A stretch of 64,000 bases of DNA. It comes from a virus. Below, one piece after another: positions 9,507 through 18,088 of the stretch (position 1 is its first letter; each line of letters begins with the position of its first letter). The notes under the pieces are model-generated. The model saw only the letters and a program-made list of their open reading frames with translations. It ran no database searches and was not told where the DNA came from. The stretch lies in IMG/VR virus record IMGVR_UViG_3300027908_000022, positions 1,572 through 65,571 of that record; one strand, 5' to 3'. Made by a program: the position numbers and the translations under genes.

Positions 9507-10139
9507 TTATTCCGCCGCCTTATCTCGCATTGCCGCCCTCGACGCCTCGAACATGTCGATCGCCTCTCGCATCGAGGCCACGAAGTCGACGTAATGCTCC
9601 GGCACGTTGCTCGTGCGACACCAAAATTCGAGCTGCCGGAATGCGCCGGCGACCAGCGCAAACCGCGCCGACGCCACGCGTGACGACAGGTCGAAACGTT
9701 CCCTGGCATCGGAGGCAAGCACGTTCGTGCGGCCGCGTCTCTCCTTGCCGTCCGCATCTCGGAACGTCGGAACATCGTCGACGTTGACCAGCATTGCCTC
9801 GCCGTGCACTCCCGGGACATTGGCGGTCACGACACGAACAGACCGGATGAACTTCCGACAATATTCGAGATGGGTCATCTCGATCGCCCGCTTGTCGGAC
9901 GGCATGTAGTGCCACAGCACGCTCTCGCGATTCGCGCGCATGTACGCGTAAATCTGCTTGGCCGACACCATCGGGACGTCGACCGCATTCAGGCGGGCGA
10001 TCGCCAATAGCTCGGGCGCGATTCGATCTCGGACGTCTTCGGACGTCCACGGAAAACCGTCGGCACTCGTGATGGTGCCGAGGCGAGGAGCGCGCGCCGC
10101 TTTCTTCAGCGGCGCGGCTCCCGGCTTCGACTTCTTCAT
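9507..10139 (-). CDS. Accessory protein coupled to the RAMP-like gene
   Basis: 210 aa, ATGA overlap. SVLWHYM.SDKRAIE..HLEYCRKFIRSVRV resembles the phage family SPLH..FEWDD..AA..YRL.QAR.LIRS. Confidence 0.7.
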   Translation of the reverse strand: MKKSKPGAAPLKKAARAPRLGTITSADGFPWTSEDVRDRIAPELLAIARLNAVDVPMVSAKQIYAYMRANRESVLWHYMPSDKRAIEMTHLEYCRKFIRSVRVVTANVPGVHGEAMLVNVDDVPTFRDADGKERRGRTNVLASDARERFDLSSRVASARFALVAGAFRQLEFWCRTSNVPEHYVDFVASMREAIDMFEASRAAMRDKAAE

Positions 10140-10972
10140 TCGGCCTCAGCCTCGGCCGACTCGTCCGCTTCGTGACGACCAACGGCCCCGTTCACGGTGT
10201 TGACCGCCCCCATCGCCCTGCGCGGCATGTTCGACCGGTCCTTGTCGGCCACGATCGTGGTCGCGGCACGGAGCAGCTCCGGCGGGATCTTGAACATCCT
10301 CTCCGGCAGCGAGCAGGCCTTGACGATCGCGTCGACGCTCTTCTCGGGAAGCGCCTCGACGGTGAAGCTCCCGAGATCGCCGCCCTTCTGCTGCCGGAAC
10401 TCGCAGAGCCCGACTTCCTGGCCCGCCTGTCGCAGCGCGAGCACGATTTTCGCCGCCGGGATCACGTTGTGCGGATACCGAATGACGACGTCAATATACC
10501 AGTCGGTATAAAGGCATCGCGCGCGAACGTCCGGCACGCGATCATTCCACGGTCCGACTTCGACGATGCGCACGTCCATTTCGTGCGCGCCGTGAATCGG
10601 CGCCGTATGGCCCATGATGCGGACCTTCTGTTTGATCTCGCTGGGCTTGACGCTCTTGCCCGTGGCCGACGCGCCGCTGACGAGGCAGGCCTTGATCGTT
10701 CGGCACGGGAGCACGTGCTCGTCCTTGACGTTGCGGTAATGCGACGACTCGTATTCGCTCGTCAGGTCTTTGGGCCGTTGCGGCATGTCGTGGCCGGTCA
10801 TTCGAGAGAGCATCTCGATAACGGCTTTTTCGCTCCATTGATGAACAAGAAGCGCGTCGCCGCGAATTCGGACCGGCATGAGCGCGAGATCGCCGCTCAA
10901 CACCTGAAACGGATCGTGATTCGACTGCTCCGCGACTTCGGGCTCGTTTGCCTTCTTCTTCTTCGCTGCCAT
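10136..10972 (-). CDS. Stand-alone RAMP / Cas7-like RNA-binding protein (Vipr-like effector)
   Basis: 278 aa; GAGGA RBS before ATG 10972. VRIRGDALLVH strand, LPCRTIKACLVSG helix, DVRAR.LYTDW.IDV strand and C-terminal Gly-rich loop ALRQAGQEVGLCEFRQQKGGDLGSFTV. Confidence 0.75.
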   Translation of the reverse strand: MAAKKKKANEPEVAEQSNHDPFQVLSGDLALMPVRIRGDALLVHQWSEKAVIEMLSRMTGHDMPQRPKDLTSEYESSHYRNVKDEHVLPCRTIKACLVSGASATGKSVKPSEIKQKVRIMGHTAPIHGAHEMDVRIVEVGPWNDRVPDVRARCLYTDWYIDVVIRYPHNVIPAAKIVLALRQAGQEVGLCEFRQQKGGDLGSFTVEALPEKSVDAIVKACSLPERMFKIPPELLRAATTIVADKDRSNMPRRAMGAVNTVNGAVGRHEADESAEAEAE

Positions 10973-11041
10973 GTTCGGTTCCTCGGCCTTTCGTTTGCGC
11001 CTTGACGACGCGTTGCAAGATGTAGCAACATGGCGCGGCAT

Positions 11042-11062
11042 CGGTCAAGTATATTTTGACCG
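11042..11062. promoter_or_regulatory. Palindromic divergent promoter/operator between the RAMP gene and the long array
   Basis: CGGTCAA-GTATATT-TTGACCG, perfect 7-bp arms. Overlapping -10-like hexamers TATATT (+, 11050-55) and TATACT (-, 11053-48). Confidence 0.55.
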
Positions 11063-11068
11063 TCTCAG

Positions 11069-12882
11069 GGCAGGATGGGAACGGCGAGGACGGGTGGCAC
11101 GGAGGGAACGGGGCGCGGCAGCGGCAGGCGAGGACTGGCGAAGAGCGGACGGGACGGGACAGGAGCGTACGGGCACGGCAGGCTTGGCGACGGATGTGGA
11201 GTGGAGCGGGCAGGATGGCGCGGCAGGCTCGGATGGAATGGAGCGGATCGGGCACGGCTCGGCATGGCATGACAGGCTAGGATGGAAGTGGACGGGAATG
11301 GGCGGGCGGTGCGCGGCAGGAGCGGCAAGGACCGGACAGGTCGGCGTGGCAAGGCAGTCATGGCACGACACGGCGACGGGTGGAGCGGAAGCGCACGGCG
11401 GGGCAGTCATGGCGGTGAGGGATCGGGAAGCGACGGGTCATAATGGGCAATGCGCGGCAGCGGCAGGCAGGGAAGGGTCTGATCGGAATGGAGAGGCAAG
11501 ATCGTGGCATGGCAGGCAGGGAACGGCGTGACACGAACCGGCATAGCGTGGCCCGGCAGGCAAGGAAAGGCGCGGACGTGACGGGATCGGAACGGACCGG
11601 CACGGCCCGGCAGGATAGGCAGTGACGGATAGGGGAGCGGTCGGAGGGGAACGGCTCGGCAGGCGCGGACAGGTGACATGTGGACCGGTGGGTACGGTCG
11701 GCTCGGCATGGCAGGCAGGCAGGGACCGGACTGGATGGGACGGGAGCGGAGAGAATGGCTCGGCAGGCATGACTGGGCGGGCGTGGCTTGGCGTGGCTGG
11801 GAAGGGCAGGATAGGCGTGCACCGGATCGGATCGGCTGGGCAGGCAAGGACTGGACTGGAGCGGCTCGGCCCGGCAGGCTTGGATTGGACAGGAGAGTAG
11901 CGGACAGCGAGGCAAGGCAGGATAGGCAGGGCACGGTACGGAAGGGATCGGATCGGCTATGGCTTGGCAGGCTGGGAAGGGATCGGATTGGACAGGGACG
12001 GGATTGGCTCAGCAGGCTAGGCAGTATTGGGGTCCGGACTGGAGCGGCAGATCGTGGCAGGGCAGGCAAGGCAAGGCGAGTAGCGGCACGGCGTGGCCCG
12101 GCATGACAGGCAAGGACGGGACGGGCTCGGCGGTCACATGGCCGGGCAGTCGTGGAGAGCATGGTCGCGGCCGGAGAAGGGCTGGGTGAGCCAGGAGTGG
12201 CTTAGGACGGGATCGGACAGGCGAGGCTTGGCAGGCTGGGAAGAATATGGAACGGCAGATCATTGGAACGGCGTGGCAGGATGGGACCGCATCGGAGTGG
12301 AGTCGACAGGACTGGCAATGGCCGGGCAGGCTAGGCGGCGAGTGGCGCGGATTGGAGCGGCGTTGGCAGGATTGGAGAGGACAGGATGGGTTGGCGGGGC
12401 AAGGCTGGGCAGGATGGGACCGCACAGGACCGGAGTGGACAGGCGTGGCAAGGCTGGGCAGGCTTGGATGGTATCGGCGAAGGATGGGAGGGCGCGGTCA
12501 GGCGTGGCAGGAATGGCTGGGATCGTCACGGACGGGACGGGACGGGCGCGGACGGCAGGCGAGGAATGGTCTGGATAGGACTGGCGCGGAATGACACGGA
12601 GAGGCATGGGGCGGCAGAAGGGGAGAGGAGCGGATGTGACAGGAGCGGAAGGGCAAGTCAGGCTAGGATCGGTCGGACAGGTTGGCGCGGAATGCCAGGC
12701 AGGGATCGGACCGGGGGGATTGGGAAGGACGGGATCGGCTCGGCAGGCTAGGAGAGGAGAGAAGGAGCGGCCAGGCCGGGCAGGCAGGGCACGTCTAGGT
12801 GACACCGGAGTGCACCGGACCGGAAGGGCAGGAATGGCACGGACGGGACCGGACCGGCCGGAGAAGGGCTGGGCAGGCTCGG
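11069..12882 (+). ncRNA. Long GG(A/C)NN pentamer array, putative guide-RNA array (VIPR-like), roughly 35-40 segments
   Basis: Example 11555-11614: GGCAGG CAAGG AAAGG CGCGG ACGTG ACGGG ATCGG AACGG ACCGG CACGG CCC GGCAGG. The 5-nt phase holds between recurrent GGCA(GG) separators; extreme purine strand bias; ends at a hairpin. Confidence 0.8.
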
Positions 12883-12885
12883 ATA

Positions 12886-12919
12886 ACGCAGCGGGCGATA
12901 AGCGATTCGCCCGCTGCGT
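12886..12919. terminator. 13-bp perfect hairpin between the convergent array and terminase gene
   Basis: ACGCAGCGGGCGA-TAAGCGAT-TCGCCCGCTGCGT, directly after the array end and abutting the terL stop. Confidence 0.65.
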
Positions 12920-14427
12920 CAGATATGGCCGCCGCGCTTTCGCAACCGATCCATTGCCGAGACCCAGGTCGGGCCGCCGCGTAGCCGCGCCACGGCGAGA
13001 ACAGCGGCATCCGCCATGTCGGCGTGTCTGCCGTCTTTCGTGACCGGGGCATCGTACTTTGTCGCGCCGTTCGGCATTCGCTTGAGCCGCTTGCTGAGCA
13101 AGTCGACCCCCAGCTGTTTGATCGGCGCCAATTCGAGTTTACTGTCCAGTAGCAGGGTCCGAAAATCGGCGTGATTCTTCGCCGTCTGTTCTGTTGTGTC
13201 CCTAGACACCTGGACCGTTACGCCTTGCATGTCCCCGTGTTCGGCGATCAACGATCCGGCGAACCGGTCCGAATAGACCTCGTGGAGCTTGTACTCCCTC
13301 AAAATGGGGGCGATGTCCGCGAATACTTCGCGCGCCTTGAGCGGCGCGCCGGATGTCCCTTGCCATTCCCAGCAACCGGCGACGAAGTATTTGTCCTTGG
13401 AGCTATCTGTCACGTCTTGCCGCTTGCCGGCCACGACGAGCGACCATGCGTTGCCTGATATTCCCGGATCCATCGCTGCAACATAATCGCATAGCTGATC
13501 GTAATCCGTCATCTCCGGCGTCGGCCGCGTGGCGACGCGCACTTCCATTGCGGTCAGCCATCCCTGATCGGGATCGACGAACTCGCCGAGAACGTCCGTT
13601 TGATACGAACTGTGCGGCGCGAGCCGCTCGGCTTCGCATGCTTCCGGAGTCCAGTTGAACGGACATATCTGCGGCCCGGTCGCCCGCATGATGATGAGGT
13701 CTTTCGTCGGCTTGCCGAACGACTCCTCGACCGCGTCATAAATTGGCCCGCGCGCGGCCCACGGGCTGCTGACGGCCAAGAGCTGACCGCCGATGAGTCG
13801 CAGTCGCGCGATGACGGCGAGCCTCGAGTCGTCGAAGTTGATCACGCCGTCTTCTGTTCCCTGCATTCGACAGGCTTCGTCGAAGATGGCGGCGATCGTC
13901 CACCGCGAGACGAGCGAGGCTCCGCCCTTGCGTCCGGCGGCAATCACGATCTCGACCTGGCGCCCGTCGTCGCGTCGGATCCAGAGCCGCTCCGTCGACG
14001 GCTTCGGGTTCTTCATCAGGTATCGATTGAGGGCGCCGCCCTCACGCGTCAGTGCGCCCATGAGGTGGTCCATAATCGCGCCGGCTTTATCTTTATCCAG
14101 CGAGACGACCGACACGCGCATCGGCTCGTATCTCTTGATTTGCGGCGGCGGCTTGATCGTCAGCGCCGTATGCAGCGCGACTGCGGCCATGATCAAGCTC
14201 TTGCCCGAGCGGATCGCACCGACGAGATAGAACTCCGTCGGTCTTCCTGCGGCCTCGATGGCCTGGATGGCCTCGACGCCGCCGAACGTTTGAATGACCG
14301 TCGGGTCACTCGCCAGCTCACCGAGCCGGCTACCGTCGATCACCCTGCACATCGCCCGTTGCACCGGGCTCGCCGTCGTCAGGGCGAACGCGCGCGGGTG
14401 CGTCAGAATCGTTTCGAGCGACGGCAT
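12919..14427 (-). CDS. terL: Terminase large subunit
   Basis: Walker A GAIRSGKS, Walker B AIFDEAC, RuvC-like AAMDPG and C-terminal GRHADMADA. Confidence 0.85.
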   Translation of the reverse strand: MPSLETILTHPRAFALTTASPVQRAMCRVIDGSRLGELASDPTVIQTFGGVEAIQAIEAAGRPTEFYLVGAIRSGKSLIMAAVALHTALTIKPPPQIKRYEPMRVSVVSLDKDKAGAIMDHLMGALTREGGALNRYLMKNPKPSTERLWIRRDDGRQVEIVIAAGRKGGASLVSRWTIAAIFDEACRMQGTEDGVINFDDSRLAVIARLRLIGGQLLAVSSPWAARGPIYDAVEESFGKPTKDLIIMRATGPQICPFNWTPEACEAERLAPHSSYQTDVLGEFVDPDQGWLTAMEVRVATRPTPEMTDYDQLCDYVAAMDPGISGNAWSLVVAGKRQDVTDSSKDKYFVAGCWEWQGTSGAPLKAREVFADIAPILREYKLHEVYSDRFAGSLIAEHGDMQGVTVQVSRDTTEQTAKNHADFRTLLLDSKLELAPIKQLGVDLLSKRLKRMPNGATKYDAPVTKDGRHADMADAAVLAVARLRGGPTWVSAMDRLRKRGGHI

Positions 14428-14432
14428 AACGG

Positions 14433-14930
14433 CTACTGCTTCAGGCCAGCCTCCGCGCCCGACTCCGCGAGCTCATCGTCGAGGGAAGCGAACCCCTTGA
14501 GGTCGTTCGGGTCGCCGTCGGTCTTCAGTATCTCGTGCAGCACTTCGGCCGCTTTGACTCGAGCATTCGGCACCGGGGACGTGAACGCGATCGCCCGCAA
14601 GACGCGCCGCATCTCTTCCTTGCCGGCCTCGCTCTTGGGCATCGGCTCGCTGAACTTGTTCAGGAACGCGCGCTCCCATTCGGAGCGCTCGTGCTCCGCC
14701 CTCATGGCCTTGGTGGGCGACCACTCGGGCCGGTGTTCCTTGACCTGCCCGGCGACCGCCACGACCGTCCTCGGCTGCCTGACCGGGGGCGGCCCATTGC
14801 GGCGCGTAAACCCGTTCAGGCGGCGTTTCTCCGCGAGCTCGGGACAGTGATTGGTGCACCAATCCGAGCCCTCACGCGCCCAACAGGGGCGCTTCTTGCC
14901 AGCTCCACCGGGACACGGCCGACGATCCAC
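14433..14930 (-). CDS. Putative terminase small subunit
   Basis: Directly upstream of terL; Cys/His N-terminus, helical C-terminus RVKAAEVLHEIL. Confidence 0.45.
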   Translation of the reverse strand: MDRRPCPGGAGKKRPCWAREGSDWCTNHCPELAEKRRLNGFTRRNGPPPVRQPRTVVAVAGQVKEHRPEWSPTKAMRAEHERSEWERAFLNKFSEPMPKSEAGKEEMRRVLRAIAFTSPVPNARVKAAEVLHEILKTDGDPNDLKGFASLDDELAESGAEAGLKQ

Positions 14931-14953
14931 ACACTGAAGGTAGGGTTTTTGCT

Positions 14954-15487
14954 CTACCGTGGCGCGCCATCAGGAGCGGCGATCTCCTTGCTGCCCCCGG
15001 TCTCGACCAGCTCAAGCTCGGGCGCCGTCTTGTCGCACCGGCATCCCTCGACGTGGTCCGGGGCCTCACACCGCGGGTCCCGGCGCTTGGGAATCGGCTT
15101 GCGCTTGTCCTGTTCGCCGGAACAGAAGGTCTCGGCCATGTGGGCCCGGAGCGCGGCCATGGCCTTCGCTTCGGTGGCCTTCTGGTCGACGGCCTCGGAC
15201 ATCGGCATGGTCAGAACGATGACGCCGCATGCGCCACATGTCATCTCAAGGGTCTTGCCGGTGTTGCGCGGGGCCTCGAGGACTTTCCGGCATCCGGTCT
15301 TCAGCAGGTGGGTCGCGATGGCGGCCCGGGCCTGGCGCTGCCAGCGCTCGGGGTTCGTTTCGCTCCTCTTGGTGCGCATGCGAAAGACGACCTTGCCGCA
15401 CGCGTTGCACTTGGCCTCATTGACGGCCCTCGAGGCGGCTGCGCGGCGCTGCTTGCGGGTGCCGCGGTGGATCTCGTCGTCCATCAT
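14954..15487 (-). CDS. Hypothetical Cys-rich (Zn-finger-like) protein
   Basis: CNAC and CGAC motifs; coupled operon. Confidence 0.55.
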   Translation of the reverse strand: MMDDEIHRGTRKQRRAAASRAVNEAKCNACGKVVFRMRTKRSETNPERWQRQARAAIATHLLKTGCRKVLEAPRNTGKTLEMTCGACGVIVLTMPMSEAVDQKATEAKAMAALRAHMAETFCSGEQDKRKPIPKRRDPRCEAPDHVEGCRCDKTAPELELVETGGSKEIAAPDGAPR

Positions 15488-15717
15488 GGCGCCTTCTCCG
15501 GGATGAACTCGGACAGCGCCACGACTGCGAGCCCGACCTGATGGAGAGCGTTCTCGTAGGCCAGGTCCGGGGTCTCACCCAGCGCTCCGACCCAGGGTCC
15601 GGCGGGCGTGTCTTGCCCGTTGACGTAATTGCGCCAATCGATCGTGGGCGGCAGGTAGATCACGGCCTCCCACGAGTGTTCCGTGCGCCTCAAGACCACC
15701 ACATTGCGTTCGCTCAT
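15484..15717 (-). CDS. Hypothetical protein
   Basis: 77 aa, ATGA overlaps on both sides. Confidence 0.6.
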   Translation of the reverse strand: MSERNVVVLRRTEHSWEAVIYLPPTIDWRNYVNGQDTPAGPWVGALGETPDLAYENALHQVGLAVVALSEFIPEKAP

Positions 15718-16127
15718 GGCTTCTCCGCGATCCTCACAGGATCATCTATCACGCATTCGGGTCCCTCTTCACGCTCGCGCCACGCGTCGGCGAATTTCTG
15801 TTGGACCGCTCTCTCCGCAGCCTGAACCATTGTCTCCGCAACGTGGACCATAGCCTCCGGTACCCCCGTCGGCGCGGGCGGCCCCGAGGCCCCCGTCGGA
15901 CCTTTCTTGGCCCGGTGATCGAGCTCACCACCGATCGCCGACGCGAACGCGGCCTTCCGCATGCCCACGATCTGCCGCCCGCACCAAATCGCGAGCACGG
16001 CCAGGCCGGCCTGATCCCAATGCTCGAATTCAGGCCCGAGGATGAGACGACAGGCGACGAGCGTGTCGTCGAGCTCGCGCTTGTCGACGCCCACGAGGAG
16101 CGCGAGCTTGAGGAGCGCGGTGCTCAT
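15714..16127 (-). CDS. Hypothetical protein
   Basis: 137 aa, ATGA overlaps. Confidence 0.6.
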   Translation of the reverse strand: MSTALLKLALLVGVDKRELDDTLVACRLILGPEFEHWDQAGLAVLAIWCGRQIVGMRKAAFASAIGGELDHRAKKGPTGASGPPAPTGVPEAMVHVAETMVQAAERAVQQKFADAWREREEGPECVIDDPVRIAEKP

Positions 16128-17014
16128 TGGGGACCGCCGGCGGCCTTCCGTGTTGCCGCGTTGATCAGCGATCCGAGTATCTCATGGATGCACTTCGGGC
16201 AGATGCGCGCCCCGCTTTTCTCCGAGCCGAATAGCGCAAGCCGCTCGAGACACCAGTAGCATTGCATCGGATCGATCCCGAGCGTGAAGGCAACCTCGTT
16301 CGTGTCGAGCGTCGACGTCGGCGTCCAGTGGGTCTCGAGGTACGGGACCGGCTTGTCGCCCGGGTTCCACTGGTCCGTCCATGAGAAATTGGCGTCCTTG
16401 AATAGCGCGTCGGTCCACGGCACGCTCGCCGTCCGCTGCGGATGGTTCTCGTAGCCGAGGGAGCTCGGAACCGTCACGTCATGCACGACGAGCGCCGGGA
16501 TGCAGTTCCACACCGGCTCGCGGAGTTTGTACATGAACTGGATCAGGATGTTGTCCTCGTTCCAGGCCGTCACGCATTGCCGCGGCGCCCGCGCGTAGTA
16601 CTCGAGCACCTGGCGGGCGACGCCCTTCCGGAAGATATATCCCGGGCCCGTCACGTGGTAGGTCGATAGCCACCGCTGGCCGGCCTCGGCGAGCGAGCGC
16701 GCCATCGGGTGCACCGTGTGGAGCGAGAGAATGCGCGACGTCGGCATGCGAACCCACGCATGCATGGCCGCCGCAAGGTGCGGCGACACGTCGACGTCAT
16801 CGTTCAGGATGCACGCCATCTCCGGATCCTCGGCGGCGATGGCCTTGTAGATCCGCGTGGCCCACACGCTCGCGTGCTCGCGCTTGACGCTCTCGTGGAC
16901 GACGGCGCGAAGGCCCTGCGCTTCGAGCTGGCCGAGGAGCCGCGCGAGGGTCTCGGCGCGCTCAGGCAGGAACTTCGCGTGCGCGACGTGGAGGGTGATC
17001 CGGGGCTCGGCCAT
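16124..17014 (-). CDS. Glycosyltransferase-like protein (GT-A fold)
   Basis: CILNDDVDV DxD-type motif; NEDNILIQ and LVVHD motifs. Confidence 0.6.
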   Translation of the reverse strand: MAEPRITLHVAHAKFLPERAETLARLLGQLEAQGLRAVVHESVKREHASVWATRIYKAIAAEDPEMACILNDDVDVSPHLAAAMHAWVRMPTSRILSLHTVHPMARSLAEAGQRWLSTYHVTGPGYIFRKGVARQVLEYYARAPRQCVTAWNEDNILIQFMYKLREPVWNCIPALVVHDVTVPSSLGYENHPQRTASVPWTDALFKDANFSWTDQWNPGDKPVPYLETHWTPTSTLDTNEVAFTLGIDPMQCYWCLERLALFGSEKSGARICPKCIHEILGSLINAATRKAAGGPQ

Positions 17015-17412
17015 CAGCGTACCGCCATCGCGACCAGCGCAAACTCCCGGTGATCCATGGCCATACCGATGGCCGTGAGCTCGTTGGTGGTGAGATGAAA
17101 CGTCGCGTCCTTCTCGACGTGCTTCGCATAAAAGTCGTACTTCATCGCGGCCATCTTGTGATTGTGGATGCGCTCCTCCAGGTTGGCCACCGGATCTTGC
17201 CCCGCATATTGGCTGTTGCCGTAGGTGAATCCGGCGCTGCCGTCCGGGTTGAGGTACGCCGGCACCTTGAGGTCGTCGAGAATCTTCTTCAGCCGTGGCA
17301 GTTCGATTTGCTGCTGCTCGGCACGCTTCGCGTGAAACGTTGCGATGTTCGTGAATCGATCGGCCAGTTCCGCGCCCGTGACAGACAGCTTGAGGCTTTC
17401 GTAGATGTTCAT
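17014..17412 (-). CDS. Hypothetical protein
   Basis: 132-aa ORF in a coupled operon. Confidence 0.65.
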   Translation of the reverse strand: MNIYESLKLSVTGAELADRFTNIATFHAKRAEQQQIELPRLKKILDDLKVPAYLNPDGSAGFTYGNSQYAGQDPVANLEERIHNHKMAAMKYDFYAKHVEKDATFHLTTNELTAIGMAMDHREFALVAMAVR

Positions 17413-17425
17413 GATTCAGGTCTCC

Positions 17426-18088
17426 TTATAGCACGTTGAGTCGCTCCAGCGGCGGCAGCGCTCGCGCATAGGTCACCATGTTGGCTTCGTGCTGCCGTTC
17501 TTCGGTCGAGGCCGTCCTGTGCCAAGCCTCCGTCACGGCGTATATGTAAAGCACGTCGTTCAGGAACTTGCAGCGGTCGCGCCCCGCGAGCTCGGCGACG
17601 CTCCACATGAACGCCGGATCGTCCCCGCGGTCAATCCACTTGCCTGGCTCGTACTGCAGATATTCTTTCGGTATCCGTTGGAACAACCCGGCCCTGAACG
17701 TTTTTACGTGGGTCATCTTCCAGGGCACCCGCCTGTAGTCCTCCCATTCCTCGTACTTGTTCGCGAAGCCGCCGCTCCCATCGCTGTTCCGGAAGCTGCC
17801 CCACGTGACCCACGCGCCTTCGTCGTGAGCCTGGGCGACGCGGCGGAGGGCGTACCTTGAGGCAAGCCAATCGTCGCCGTCCAGGCATACCGTGACGGCG
17901 TCCGCCGGCAGCGTCCCGATGACGTCGACCAGGTTCTCCATCTTCGTCTTCGGCGGGTCCTGCTCGCTCGCCTCGATGTAGTGATGAACCGCCTCGACGC
18001 CGAGCTGCGCGCGCACCGAGGCCTCGCACACATGGCGCGTGGAATGCCGGAAGCCTGTGGATACCACGTGCACCCGAGGCAGCGTCAC
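17426..18088 (-). CDS. GT2-family glycosyltransferase
   Basis: VCLDGDDWLA, WVTWGSF, HVKTFRAGLF..I and GDDPAFM..V.E motifs; GTG start coupled at 18088. Confidence 0.75.
   Translation of the reverse strand: MTLPRVHVVSTGFRHSTRHVCEASVRAQLGVEAVHHYIEASEQDPPKTKMENLVDVIGTLPADAVTVCLDGDDWLASRYALRRVAQAHDEGAWVTWGSFRNSDGSGGFANKYEEWEDYRRVPWKMTHVKTFRAGLFQRIPKEYLQYEPGKWIDRGDDPAFMWSVAELAGRDRCKFLNDVLYIYAVTEAWHRTASTEERQHEANMVTYARALPPLERLNVL

Noticed and set aside
11069-12882. CRISPR array
   Set aside because: No constant 23-47 nt direct repeat with unique spacers, and no cas1/cas2.
11069-12882. Simple microsatellite or G-quadruplex tract
   Set aside because: Variable NN positions, regular GGCA separators, a second copy in the opposite orientation and an adjacent RAMP-like gene argue for coded information. 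G4 formation is not excluded as a side property.
8860-13052. Many overlapping Arg/Gly/Pro-rich ORFs across the two arrays
   Set aside because: They are by-products of stop-poor GG-periodic DNA. The period is 5 nt rather than 3, there are no RBSs, and they appear in all frames.
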